Notes: generated by a model from the sequence alone, not told the origin. A DNA stretch of 64,000 bases from Octopus vulgaris (GCA_951406725.2 OX597816.1:52638001-52702000), one strand, 5' to 3'. Shown: positions 24,404-38,741, counted from the first letter of the stretch. Numbers and translations are program-made.

Positions 24404-25676
24404 TTACAAAATTCTGTTATGACAAGATTTTTGGGAAATGTAATACAAGGGAATACCTGTATTTTCCATTGTAATCACAGAGCAAGAAGATCTGCACCAT
24501 AATTTAATTTTATGAACCAATTTCATCAGCATTGTTTCATTTGCTGAAACTAAAGTTATTCATTCATTCATTTAGCATCTGTGTATTTATGTTGGCAGGG
24601 ATTGAACAGGGACTATTTGATACAAGATTTTACATCATGATGCTCTTCCTGTCACCAATCTTTACTTGGTTGTGAAGTAAGGGATGCTTTTGTGTTGTTT
24701 TTAAATTCCCCAGACCTTTGAAAGTACAGTACAATTATTTGTAATGTCAACAAAGAACGTTAACATTATAACACTGTTTTGCTCAGACAATTAGAAGTGA
24801 AGCTGTGAAATGTCAATTTTCACACACAAGCACACACACATGCACATCAAAACACAACAGGATTTCACATAGATTCTGTTGATAAAATTCGCTCACAATG
24901 CATCATTCAGCCCAAAGCTTATAAAACAAGACACATGCCCAAGATGCCATAGAGGAGGACTGAACCCAAAACCATATGGTTGTGAGGGTAAACTTTTTAA
25001 CTATATGTCCATTCTTGTACCTGTATATTTAATAAAAGTAGTTTCTCCCAAATCTTAACTTATATACTACTTAACCCAGCTTAACCACCAATATATGATA
25101 TTTCTTTAGTCAACACATCTTATCAAAATCCTTTACACATCAAAACTACAGCAAAATAATTGTCTCTTTAGTATACATTCAATAATATTTTCTAATATGT
25201 TTCTCAAACCGCTTGTATTCCATTCAGCTGCATTCAATCTATCTCCAACATTTACTTTTACCAATATCTAATTTATCATACAAACTATTATGATATCCTT
25301 ATAAAACATTATATTAATATAATAAAGTAAGAGATTTTCATAACTTTCCGCAAGATGACAGCTTATTCCGTGTACTCTATTTTGGTTTGGCTCAATGTTG
25401 AAATATATTAAGTATTTAAGGGTTATGGTAGGGGTTATGGAGTGGTAGGCTCTGTTTCTCACTTGATATCATTTCACTACACTTTTGTGATAATTGCCAT
25501 TGAGAAAAGCATGAACATTACAACATCTAATTTGGTTGAGCAGATTTCATTTTGTCACCCAATGGTTCGAGGGTCTCTTTAACCACATAGTACTTTAGTT
25601 ATGATTTTGAATGGTATGCTGACTGGATGATTACCTGGATTTTTTAAATTCCTATTCCTTAAATTATATATATATA

Positions 25677-26067
25677 CTAGCAGTATCGCCCGGCGTTGCT
25701 CGGGTTTGTTTTGACCCTTTAGAATTGGAATTTTTGAAAAGTAAAAATTTTGCATTATGTAGCTTGTTATCTCTTTAAGTGAACATTTTTCTGGTTGAAA
25801 TACACCAAAAAATTGCGACACAGCAGTCAAAAAATCGTAAAAAAGAGGGATTTTCATTGAAAAAGAGCACCTTTTTGATGTAAATAATTTTTGGTCTTAA
25901 CATGGTCCGATTTTAATTTTATCTTCTACGAAATGAAGAGCAAACCTTCTTCTATCACACTCTCAATTCTGGTCAACTTACACTGCAGGGTCTCAGAGGA
26001 GAAAGTGTTAGTTGAAGGCTACCAAACCTGCCATACACAGACAACTTCAGCTTTATATATATAGAGA
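25677..26067 (-). mobile_element. Non-autonomous Helitron
   Basis: Minus strand A|TCTCTATATATATAAA ... cccgagcaacgccggg hairpin ... CTAG|T, no TSD. Confidence 0.85.
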
Positions 26068-26773
26068 TTAAAGCTGCAAAATTATCACAGGACTGTTACT
26101 CTGGTGTTTCGCATTCTTGTTTGTTAGACAGTTGTGATGAATACTGAACTAATATCATGATTGTACATGTAATATGATATAATATGCATGAATAAGAATT
26201 TAAATTTGATTGGGTGGCAGGTTTTCGAAACATAACAGCATAATTTTCGTTACAAGTTGGGTGGTAAGGAGATATGAAAATTAACAGTAAAGTATGAATA
26301 TAAAAGTAAAAATAAGTATGGGTTCTAGGTGTATATATATTCATATATAAGAAATTAGAAGGACAAAGGAACAAACAATTATGTTATGAACTTCATTGGC
26401 TTATGGCTGTTTCTGCTGCAAGATGTAATGCACTCATAGCTGAAGGCTTTATTAACACCCTATAGTTTCATTGGAGCTTCAAAACATGATGTGCAATTTT
26501 ATTTGGAAAAACAGAGAGAACAGAGGTGTTCAAGTTCTTGGAGTAAATCAAGTGGTGGAGTTTTTTTCAGAGTTTCTTATTATGAGAGAGTATAAGAAAG
26601 GGCCGAGTGTGTCTGAAAACACAGCTGAGAAAGTATCACTCCAAATGATAACCCTGTTTGCTGGGAATATATCCAGAATATTTTCATTCTGGGTTTAATC
26701 AGATTTTCTTGTGGTATCATTGTGCAGCATAGGAAAGTGAGCAATATTTTGGAATTTTTTATATATATATTTA

Positions 26774-27256
26774 CTAGCAGTATTGCCCGTCTTTGCAAAA
26801 TGGTCACATTTAATTCAAAGCGTTAAAAATGTTACGAAAACAATTGGTATGTGTTCACAAAGTCCAAACGATTAATACGAAAAAACCCTCCAGGCTACAT
26901 CCCGAAAATTCATTTCTTTGCCGAATTTCTACAATGTTTACGGCGATTCATTTTTATATCTTGATTTTTTATTTTTCATGTAATTTACACATGCTTGAAC
27001 GTGTGGTGAACACAGTTCATGTCAAACAGCAGACTGGGTAAAGTTCACTATTCGATGCATGGGACAAGGCCTAAACAAACACATTATCAATTTTTGGCAC
27101 TTACGAGATGAATTTCAGAACAGAAATAGCGCAGTTCAATTTTCATTTGCCTAAACTTTAAGTGACCCATTTTTAATGATTCTACAATTTGTTGGCTAGG
27201 AAATGTGCCAGGAAGTTAAACACACAGACACACAAGTTGAGTTTTATATATATAGG
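26774..27256 (-). mobile_element. Non-autonomous Helitron (second subfamily, more degenerate)
   Basis: actagcagtattgcccg... and acacacaagttgagttttatatatatag termini like 25677-26067, with a different interior. Confidence 0.7.
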
Positions 27257-27409
27257 TATAAGGTTTTTTTTTAATATTTACTGAGTCAGGAAGAAGAGAC
27301 AATGCCTATGAACTTTGCAAGTTGGTGAGCTTGGTGCTATCACTGTGCTGAGCCTGATCAGATTGATGCAAAATGGTGAGCTATCTGCAATACCAGTGAA
27401 TATGATTAG

Positions 27410-28215
27410 CATGCATGTGTCTTTCATTTGATGTGTGCATGTGTGTACACATGCAAGTAAATAATGGGTGTATGGATGAGTAAAGTCATTTGAAGTTTCC
27501 CTGTGTGAATATATATGTTTATTTATGTATGTGAATATTTATCTAGATAATGCATGTATATGCATGCTACATGTGTACATTCATTTGACATTCATATATA
27601 TTTATATATGTGTGTGTGTATGTATATATATGTATGTATATATGAATATATATATGTATGCGTATGTATGGATGTGATTATATATGTATATGTGTGTGTG
27701 TATGTGTATCTTTATGTGTTCACTCATTTGATGTTTGTAAAGCATATTTGCATACAGATATGTATATAAATGCGTGTATTCATTTAATGTTTATTTCTAT
27801 GAGAATATGTATGTGTGTGTATATGTATGTACATTTATTTGATGTGCATGTACATCAATTTGAGGAATTTCTGTGTGTATGAGCATGTGTGTATATGTCT
27901 GTATATGTACATGGCTATGATGTATGTATGTGTGCATTTCATTTGATGTTTGTGTGTGCATGTGGGAATATGGATAAATAATGGATAAATATAGATATAA
28001 GATGTATGTGCATGATGTACAAATATATATATATGCATTTAATGAATGTATCCATGGATATATGCATTTGATGTTTGTATGTATGTGTGCATTGTATACA
28101 CATGCATATAAAGCATACACACACATACCCACAACATAAGCATATACATACAAGCACATTTACACATACCACATAAAATTAATGCATGTACACATGTCAT
28201 ACACTTTCTCACACA
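27410..28215. repeat. Degenerate TG/TA-rich satellite with recurring TCATTTGATGT nodes
   Basis: Directly visible; similar tract at 29480-30050. Confidence 0.75.
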
Positions 28216-28544
28216 CATCTGTTGAACTTGGCAAACTGGCACAGTCATTAAAGCCCTCCTGTATTTTTTTGCCTCACTGTGCTTTGAGTTCAAATCTTGC
28301 CAGGATCAATTTTGCATTTTTTAGTCTTTTGAGATTGATAAATCCAGAATGACCGAATTTTAAAAAACTTTGGACAGGATGCCATGCAGTATATGTTCCA
28401 AATTTGTGCATTCCAAGATCAAATGCTATCCTATTTCACTACCCTGCTGGCTTTAAATAGTAATACTTCTGTCATAAGTTATGACCAATGGAGAGAATCA
28501 GTAATTTCAAGGAGAAATGGAAACATGGTTTCATAAGATCATCA

Positions 28545-29215
28545 TCATCCTCATTGTCATCGTCGTCGTCACCACCACCATGATTTGACATTCATTTTCC
28601 TTGCTGGCAGGAGTTTGATGGTTTCACAAGGGTTGGCCAGCCAGAGAGCTGTCCAGACTTCAAATGCTTGTTTTGGCAGGGGATAAACAAGGACACGCAA
28701 GGGGATTAAGTCAATTACATTGACCCCAGTGTGTAACTGGTAATTAATTTATCGACCCTGAAAGGATGAAAGGCAAAGTTGACCTTCGTGGAATTTGAAC
28801 TCAGAATGTAATGGCAGATAAAATACCTATTTCTTTACTACCCACAAGGGGCTAAACACAGAGAGAACAAACAAGGGCAGGCAAACGGATTAAGTCGATT
28901 ATATCAACCACAGTGTGTAACTGGTACTTATTTAATCGATCCCGAAAGGATGAAAGGCAAAGTCGACCTCGGTGGAATTTGAACTCAGAACATGACGGCA
29001 GACGAAATACCACTAAGCATTTCACCTGGTGTGCTAACGTTTCTGTCAGCTCACCGCCTTAAGACAAAGTCGACCTTGGTGGAATTTGAACTCAGAACGT
29101 AGCGGCAGACGAAATACCAATAAGCATTTTGCCTGGCATGCTAACGTTTCTGCCAACTTGCCTTATTATTTTGGCATGGTTTCTATGGCTGGATGCCCTC
29201 CCAAACACCATTAAA
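28545..29215 (-). mobile_element. SINE C interrupted by a family B multimer (28680-29165)
   Basis: Family C split at ttttggca and resumed at 29170; a B dimer plus an extra B head in between. Confidence 0.75.
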
Positions 29216-29630
29216 AAAAACATTAGCCACCACTACTACCACCGTGTGCACATTCATTTGAATGCGTATAGTTGTGTATATAGATGCAGGTTTGTGCATG
29301 AGTGCATGCATGTGTACACTCATGTGTATATTCAATATGCCTTGCAAGTTATTGGTTAACCCAAGGCTAAGGAAGACAACATTAGCACTAGATGCCATGC
29401 GGTGAGTTTGAACCCCAAACCACATAACTGTGAAATGAAATTCTTAACCACACCACTACTCCTGCACATACATGTTTCAGTGTATGCGTATGTTTGTGTG
29501 CGTGCGTGTGTGTGTGTGTGCAGGTTTACAAACAGATAATATGTGTATACATGTGTAAACTCAGCTGATGTAGTTCAGTGTGTGTATGCATTTGCATTTA
29601 ACATGTGTATGTGTCTGTATATTCATCGGA

Positions 29631-29661
<31 letters not shown>

Positions 29662-29814
29662 AAGCATTCAGATGATTACTATATGTGCAAGCATGTGTAT
29701 AGTCATTCAATCTTTATGCCTGTATGTGTGTATGCATACGCAGAGAATGTGTATATGTGTGTGCGTATTGATTTCACTTTTGTGCATGTATTTATACATA
29801 TGTATGTGCAAGAA

Positions 29815-29862
<48 letters not shown>

Positions 29863-30459
29863 TGTGATGTATGTGTGCACATGCAGATAATGTGTGTATG
29901 AATGTTTATGCTTCTTTTGATGTTTGTGCATGTATATGTATGTACATGTGTGTGTATATATACATGCACACATATATGAACTTTGTGTTCATGTGCATAC
30001 ATATAAAATTAGTGCATATATGTGCCTACACGTTTGCATATGGCTGTTTGTGAATGTTGGCAAGGTCAAAGAGTGACAGAAAAAAAAAGAATCTGAAAAC
30101 AATAACCTGTGAAGGCAGAGTAATTAAATATTAAATGTTGAAAAAATGAAGAGATTAAATGAAAAGACAAAGTTAATGTTGTTTGGAGTGAAAGTCAGAG
30201 AAAGTGTTGGAGAATTCAGAATAGAGAAAAAAACAGAGTTAGTCAGATAATTGAGGTAATGATTGTTCTAAAAGTGGTACTCATGCTAACAAAGCCACTC
30301 TATAGCTTATCCGTTTTACTTCCAACTCTAGGCTGCACATGCAGAAAATAGCAGGGAAAAAGGACAACGGTGTATGACAATGGTTAATGCAGTCTCAGTT
30401 TTAATTGCTCAATCATATCCAGTCTTTCTTGCATATTCACACACATACACATATCATCA

Positions 30460-30810
30460 TTATTATCATCATCACCATCATTTAACATTCGTTTTCTATG
30501 CTGGCATGGTTTGGATGGCTTGACAGGAGCTGGCAAGGCCAGGGGCCCTCACCAGGTTCTATAATCTATTTTTGCTTTATTCCTACAGCTGGATTCCCTT
30601 CCTAATGCCAATGACTTTACAGAGTGTACTGGGTGCTGTTTACATGGCACCATCACCAATCTTTTTTTTGTGACCCCAGCCCGTGTTTTTACATGGTATC
30701 AGCACCAGGAATTTTTGTGGCCCCAGCACTAGCGTTTTTATGTGGCCCCAGCACCAGTATTTTTTATGTGGCACCTTGGTTTTAGGATATCAATTCTATT
30801 GGGTGGGTCT
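30460..30810 (-). mobile_element. SINE family C
   Basis: (CAT)n, tttaacattcgttttctatgctggcatgg, gctggattcccttcctaatgcc. Confidence 0.7.
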
Positions 30811-31021
30811 TCTTACACACATTTTCCCACATATATTCATAGTTTACCCAAGTCGTCTCTTATCTTGTACTTATTTCAGTTATTAGCTGTGGCCATGCTG
30901 GGGCACCACCTTTGAAGAATTTTAGTCGAACAAAAAATTTTTCACTTGTTCATGTATGCATGTCTGTGTGTGTGTGTGTGCATGCATGTGTATGTTTGTG
31001 AGAGAAAGACTGGATGTAACT

Positions 31022-31417
31022 TTTTACTCTTTTACTTGTTTCAGTCATTTGACTGCGGCCATGCTGGAGCACCGCCTTTAATCAAGCAACTTGACCCCGG
31101 GACTTATTCTTTTGTAAGCCCAGTACTTATTCGATCAGTCTCTTTTGCTGAACCGCTAAGTAACGGGGACATAAACACACCAGCATCGGTTGTCAAGCAA
31201 TGCTAGGGGGACAAACACAGGCACACAAACACACACACGCATACATATATATACATATATGCAATGGGCTTCTTTTAGTTTCCGTCAACCAAATCCACTC
31301 ACAAAGCTTTGGTTGGCCCGAGGCTATAGTAGAAGACACTTGCCCAAGGTGCCACGCAGTGGGACTGAAACCGGAACCATGTGGTTGGTAAACAAGCTAC
31401 TTACCACACAGCCACTC
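31022..31417 (-). mobile_element. SINE family A, full length
   Basis: Reverse complement of family A. Confidence 0.9.
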
Positions 31418-32520
31418 AGAAATTAAAATTGCATTAACTTTTGTTATATACTCATGTCCCCCCACTACCACCACCACCATTTTCTTTGTGTGCATCATTT
31501 TTTGTTTATGTCTACTTGTCTATGCTTTCAGATGTCAGATGGAATTCCTGTATAGCCTGTTTGACTGTGCAGTCAATAAAATAAAGTACAAATCAAGTTT
31601 TGGGTCAATGTAATCAACTGACTCTCTTCCCCACGAAATCTTCAGGTCTAGCAGTTATATCAGAAGAAATTATAATTAAGGGCAGTTGATTGGCATTTCT
31701 ATCAGAGCTGTGGTCAAAATGTCTTGCAGTATTTGTTACTATACTGGAAGGATATCCAGGTGTAGAAAATATACTTCAACAAATTCCATATAATTCACGG
31801 TATCATGGAAAAGTGGACAGTATTTGATGTTGATGATGACAATGATGATGTTGATGACACTAGCAGGAAGTGTGTGGTGGTGTGGTGGAGGCAGGGAGAC
31901 CATGGTGTAAACCAGTTCTGTATTGCAATTTCGTCTCCTCTAGAAGAGCTGCAGGTCATATTTAGCTCAAAGTTTAATTAGGATTCAATATACGTTTTCA
32001 GTATATTTTCTACGTTCAAATCTTACCGATTTCTATTTTATGTTTCATTCTTTTGAGGCCCTGGTTTAATGTAATCAGCTAAAACCTTCACCATAATTTT
32101 TTGGCTTTTGCCTAAATTAGAAACAATTGTTATAGAAGTACTCTTTACTCACCTACTTTAATAAGAGAGTACACACAGCATATACACAACACATATAAAT
32201 TTATACAATTTGCTTCATTGCATTCCATTGTTCTGCACAGCAGAAGTCTATGATGTTGGTAAAAATAAATGATGGTTTCAATTTAGCATGATTGGCTTGG
32301 CTTTTTTATATCTTAGAAATCACATCCCTTTGATGGGATGTTATCATATGAAGACACGTTTGGTTTGCATTTTGGCTTATATTTTCTGTATAAGTGAATA
32401 ACAAGTTGGCATTAAAAAAAAATATTATTCTCTATTTTGTTGTTTAGGTGTTGAAATTTATTCAAAATTTGGCTTTGATGTAATTTTACTAATTTAGTTC
32501 AAATTTACTGCTTGGTGTGA

Positions 32521-32570
<50 letters not shown>

Positions 32571-33003
32571 TTAAGATGTACAAATATAGATAGTTAGCAT
32601 CTTGATTTACAAAGAAATGCATTCGTTTCTTTTCAATCATTTTTACATTCGTTTTTCCATGCTAAAGCAAATTAGATGAATATGTGTTACAGAGAAATTA
32701 TCGAACAACTAGATACCTTTCCTGTGAATAATCCTTACTTGTTTTGCAAGTAAGGGAATTTTTTTTTTTATTCTGTGTTTTCCAAAACAGGAAATGTCAA
32801 AACTTCACAGTATGTAGCTCACCATTTGTGAATGTTTACGTTCTATGAAACATTCACATAGTCACATATATGCTTAAAGAGACACATAAGTATATACACT
32901 CATACACGCACACATATGTATGTATGTCATTATTCTGTTTTATTTCAAGAGTCGGTTTCTAACCTAGATCCATGGCTCCTTCATTAGAATTTCAACATCA
33001 ACA

Positions 33004-33100
<97 letters not shown>

Positions 33101-33404
33101 CATGTATGTATGTATGCAAGTGTGTATGCATATATAGGCACAGAAGTGGCTGTGTGGTAAGTAGCCTGCTTACCAACCACATGGTTCTGGGTTCAGTCCC
33201 ACAGTCTGGCACCTTGGGCAAGTGTCTTCTACTATAAATTTGTTTGAAATTTTAAGGTCTTTCCATTATTTTGTCCAACTCCTGTATGTATACAACAGGC
33301 TTCGGAGATTATACTTTTACCAAATTCACTCACAAGACATTAGTTGGTCCAGAGTTACAGTAGAAGACACTTGCCTAAGGTGCCACATAGCAGGATAGAA
33401 CCTG

Positions 33405-33820
33405 AAGGCAGTGAGCTCGCAGAAATGTTAGCATGGGAGGCGAAATGCTTAGCGGTTTTCGTCTGCTGTTACGTTCTGAGTTCAAATTCCGCCTAGGACG
33501 ACTTTGCTGTTCATACTTTCGAGGTCAATAAATTAAGTACCAGTTACACACTGGGGTTGATGTAATCGACTTAATCCCTTTGTCTGTCCTTGTTTGTCCC
33601 CTCTATGTTTAGCCCCTTGTGGGTAATAAAGAAATAGGTATTTCGTCTGCTGTTATGTTCTGAGTTCAAATTCCGCCGAGGTCGACTTTGCTGTTCATAC
33701 TTTCAGGGTCAATAAATTAAGTACTAGTTACACACTGGGGTTGATGTAATCGACTTAATCCCTTTGTCTGTCCTTGTTTGTCTCCTCTATGTTTAGCCCC
33801 TTGTGGGCAATAAAGAAATA
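33405..33820 (+). mobile_element. Dimeric SINE B inserted in an old minus-strand SINE A
   Basis: Junction gaaata|ggtatttcgtctgc at 33637; TSD ggatagaacctgaa / ggattgaacctgaa. Confidence 0.85.
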
Positions 33821-34294
33821 GGGATTGAACCTGAAACTCTTTGTTAAAGAAGTAAACTTTTCAACCATGCAGTTATGCTATCACATTATACATATTTTGT
33901 TCAAATTAAAGGAAATCTTAACTTGTGCTTTGACTGTTATCAAGAATCTTAGATAACCCATTGACGTTCTAACTTTTTTATGAGAAAGTGTGTGATTTAT
34001 AGGCTCACATAAAACCAGTAAAAGGACTCAGAATGGAATTCCCAAAGACAACCAATCTAAAAAAACTTTGTTACATTTATAGCACATTATTTATAACTGA
34101 AAATAATACAAAAGCATGTTGTTGTTTTTTTTAAGTTATGTTAGGCAGACATTTCGACTGATACTTGCTAGATCAATGTTTTGTTCTTTCATACTTCTGA
34201 TAGACACTGTATTTGGAAACTAAATATGAAACCAAGTAGAATAGGAGAAAATACCCAAGTGGTTATGATGTAATGTTAACACTGAAATACATAG

Positions 34295-34324
34295 AACTAT
34301 ATATATATATACGCATGTATACAA

Positions 34325-34356
<32 letters not shown>

Positions 34357-34409
34357 ACATATATATATATATAGATATGCGTGTGTGTGTGTGTATGTAT
34401 GTATGTATG

Positions 34410-34455
<46 letters not shown>

Positions 34456-34606
34456 GTATGTATGTATACATATATATGTATACATATATATATAATTGTA
34501 TACATATATATATATATGAATACATATATATATATGTATACATATATATACATATATATATGTATACATATATATATATACATGTATGTATGTATGTATA
34601 TATATA
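34295..34606. repeat. Compound (TA)/(TG)/(TATG) microsatellite
   Basis: Directly visible. Confidence 0.9.
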
Positions 34607-35099
34607 ATCTGTTATGTCTATGTGCATAGATACATAAAGAATAACAACAAATACTTAAAAGATTGTAGTGTAAGAGATTTGCTCATAAACATTGGTGTGT
34701 CTATTTTAACTGTCTTGATACCAAATCACAAGAGACCACCTTTGAATCTTTCATACAAAAACTTTTTATTAATGTTTATATCATTCTACTAAAAATTATT
34801 CATTGTGGTGCCCTGACATGGCCACAGTCCAGTGACTGAAACAAGGATAAAAGATCTAAAATAAAACCTTCCTTTATATAAGAGACTTTGGTTAAGTTAG
34901 TTAGTTATTTAGTTAGTTTGCTAAATTCTATCTAATTCTCAATTATTTCTGAAATTAGTTGAAAGTCAATATGCTTCATTAAGAATGTGATCATGGAACA
35001 GTTAAATTAATGTTGACAGTTTGTGCTGAATCTTTGTATACCAAACAATAAGATTAGTAACATTGAAACAAGATGTACAAAAAAAATGGATTGACAATG

Positions 35100-35410
35100 A
35101 GTTACAGCAACACAGCATCCATGACTTTTGGAATCATTTTTTTCATGCTCAGAATTGCTGAACCATGGAATAAACTACCTGCATCAGTTGTTAGCTGTCG
35201 AGACAATACATCCTTCAAAACTTCCATGCTTCCTGAAATTCACCAACAGAACACCTAATGCTCCCACCCTCACCTGGTTTCTTCTTGTTCTTTTTTTTTA
35301 AATGATTTTTTCATTGTTCTCTTCCTGTGCATATTCTATGCACTGTTCATGCAGTTTTGGTTAGTTTTTCTAATGAGTTGTAGAGCACCTGAGCACTGTA
35401 TACAATAAGT
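35100..35410 (+). mobile_element. Older 3' fragment of the same CR1/L2-group LINE family
   Basis: FFMLRIAEPWNKLPASVVSC and terminal gagttgtagagcacctgagcactgta. Confidence 0.85.
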
Positions 35411-35715
35411 TCATTATTTAATGAGGAAGCTCTATGAAGTTGCTCAATCTGCTAGAAAATGCAGTTAAATCTCCCACAAACCACACCCAGCATCTTAAAG
35501 TAAGAAATACATTGTGCATCAGAAATACAATGGAACCATATGCATTCACTGCCTGAGGACATTAAATGCATCATCTTAGGCATACAAAAAGATGAGATGG
35601 TCATGATCTGAAAGCTTTTTAATAACAGTTCTAATAAATCAGATCTGACTTTGGGCTAAACATCAAAAACAGCCACAAATATATCTAATTTTAACAATTT
35701 TAACTAATTTTAACA

Positions 35716-35864
35716 TGCATAGGATTAGCTGTGTGGTAAGTAGCTTGCTTACCACATGGTTCTGGGTTCAGTCCCACTGCATGGCAAATTGGGCAAGTGT
35801 CCTCGGGCCAACCAAAGCCTTGTAAGTGGATTTAGTAGACGGAAACTGAAAGAAGCCTGTCGTA

Positions 35865-35912
<48 letters not shown>

Positions 35913-36282
35913 ACAAAGTGGAGTTGTAAGGTACTGCACGAGTGGAATTATATATGAAAGAAGGTTTGAAATTGCAATTTTCAAAGATGCTTATTTACTT
36001 TATTTTAAACATCTTTTAAAATTGCATTTTTAAACCTTCTTTCATATATATATATGTGTGTGTGTATATGTTTGTGTGTCTGTGTTTGTCCCCCCAAAAT
36101 CGCTTGATAACCGATGCTGGTGTGTTACATCTCCGTAACTTAGCAGTTCGGCAAAAGAGACAGATATAATTAGTACTAGGCTTACAAACAATAAGTCCTG
36201 GGATTGATTTGCTCAACTAAGGGTGGTGCTCCAGCATGGCCACAGTCAAATGACTGAAACATGTAAAAGAGTAAAAGAGTAA
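35716..36282 (+). mobile_element. SINE family A with a palindromic insert in its central microsatellite
   Basis: Family A head and tail; insert at about 35910-36045. Confidence 0.85.
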
Positions 36283-36649
36283 ACAATCACCACAGGTAAA
36301 CCTTAGAGAATACATAGCACACTGTATTTTATTCAAGGAATCAAATGCAATATTTTCCAAAGATAGTGCCATAAATGTATTATATGCAGGTACAAGTGTA
36401 GCTGTATCGTTAAGAAGCTTCCTTCACAACCACATGTTTCCAGAGTCAGTCCCACTGCATGGTACATTGGGAAAGTGTCTTCTAGTATAGCTCTATGCCA
36501 ACCAAAGCCTTGTTGTGTGGATTTGGTGGACGAGAACTGAAAGAAGCTCATCATATAGGTGTGTGTGTGTGTGTGTGTACCCTTGTTTTGACATCTTGTA
36601 ATGGTTGTAAACAAGCCTCACTACTTGTATATTTGTAGTACTTTTGGAG

Positions 36650-37035
36650 TTACTCTTTTACTTGTTTACTTGTTTCAGTCATGTGACTGTGGCCATGCTG
36701 GAGCACCGCCTTTAGTTAAATCAAATCGACCCCCGGACTTATTCTTTGTAAGCCTAGTACTTATTCTATCGGTCTCTTTTGCCGAACTGCTAAGTTACAG
36801 GGATGTAAACACACCAGCATCGGTTGTCAAGCGATGTTGAGGGGACAAACACAGACACACAAACGCACACACACACACACATATATATGCATATATATGA
36901 CGGGTTTCTTTCAGTTTCCGTCTACCAAATCCACTCACAAGGCTTTGGTTGGCCCGAGGCTATAGTAGAAGACACTTGCCCAAGGCGCCATGCAGTGGGA
37001 CTAAACCTGAAACCATGTGGTTCATAAGCAAGCTT
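36650..37035 (-). mobile_element. SINE family A, full length
   Basis: Reverse complement of family A. Confidence 0.9.
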
Positions 37036-38154
37036 CTTACCACACAGCCACTTCTATGAAAAACGTCTGAAATATACTTATCTTGAAAGGTTGATGACAG
37101 GATGAGCATCCAGCTATAGAAAATCATCCCTTGGTGAATTCAATTTGACCCATGCAGGCATACAAAAGTGGATGTTAAGGCAACGATGATGATGATGATG
37201 ATGACAATGATGGCACATAATAAATTACACATATATGACACCCTTGTTTCTTAAAATGCATCTCAGTAGCAACCAGAATACAGAAGTTGCAGTTTATATC
37301 AAAGCTTTCAATAGAAATATTGCAAATTTAAGTATAAAAGAAGTGATACTTATAGAAACATCCACAACTTCAAATTAGTTACTGTTAAGAATCAGCTTGA
37401 AGGTAGGAAGTTTATTATAGGATTTTAATACTATAGCCAACCTGTTCTTGCAATGTTATGGCTTTCTGCACATGTCGTAGCAAATTTAGCATTGCTTGGT
37501 TTACTTTGCATCTCAAACTTTTCTGCAGTTTGTAAAGCTGAAATATTAAATACATACGTTTTTCTCTTCTCTGAATTATTAAGAGGCTTTCATTTCCTTC
37601 TTATTTATTAATATTACAAGCTACTTAAATCACCCTTAATTTTAGAAATAATTTATATAGCATACAAGTGAGAAGTAAAGTAATCAAACCAGTATATAGC
37701 TATCGCTAACTACCATACATTCTTCCATGGTTATTGGCAATGAATACAGCAAAAATAGCTTAGCCTTGATGTAACATAACAGCATGTGAAGTAGTCTAGA
37801 AGAGCAACAGACAAAATGCCTTGCTGTATTCATTCTGGAATTTTTGTTCTGAGTTCAATATTTGACAAAATCAACTTTGCATTTCATCCTTCAAGGGTCA
37901 ATAAAATAAAGTGTGACAGGTTGACAGAAATGTTAGAGCAATATTTGTTCTGGCTCTTCCAGCCTTCATGTAAAATCTACCAAAGTCAACTATGCATTCT
38001 ATCCTTCCAAGATTGTAAAAGTATCAGTCAAAGACATAAGATATGTGAAATAACTAGAGAACTGGACAAAATATCTTGTAGTTTTTGCTTCAGTTATTTA
38101 CCAGTGACAACACAAGTATCAAGTTTTATTGGACCCTTACCTGCCCCCTGGACA

Positions 38155-38340
38155 ACATCGTTTAACATCCGTGCTCCATGCTGGCATGGGTAGGATAATT
38201 TGATAAGAGCCAACGTGTCCAAGGAATGCATCAAACTTCAATGTCTGCCCTGGCATGGTTTTTAAAGGATGGATGCCCTTCCTTAATGCCAACCACTTTA
38301 CTGCATTATCTGCAAGCTTCTTTTTTTGTGCCCCCTGCAC
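38155..38340 (-). mobile_element. SINE family C fragment
   Basis: catcgtttaacatccgtgctccatgctggcatggg...ggatgcccttcc. Confidence 0.7.
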
Positions 38341-38741
38341 GATTGAGGTTACTAGATAGTTTCAGGACTATGAGCCCTGGGATAAGTAGGTGAATTCAGC
38401 TCCATGGTAGGGGATAAGGAGATTACTGAGAGAAAAAGCAGAGCAGATTCCTGCAGAGGAATCTGCATTATTACTCACATCTAGTATGGAAAAAAGTTGG
38501 GGGATGACACAATGATTAGCACACATCATAGCTTAGCACTTCTAATCCCTATTTTATTACAGCTAAGCCCACGGTTAGTGCAATCAGTCATAGTACAGTG
38601 ACTGAAATATTATGAGAGAGACCTGGTCTCACATTGCTGTTTGCAGTGCTTCCCCTTCAAGTGTTTAATGCTGAAATTACTACTCCAAAATGCATGCATC
38701 CATCAATCTGAGCAGAGGGCACTTTGAACTAACTTGCTGTC

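Noticed and set aside
34145-34180. Minus-strand cgaaatgtc resembling a hammerhead 3' half
   Set aside because: No CUGANGA or stem II upstream
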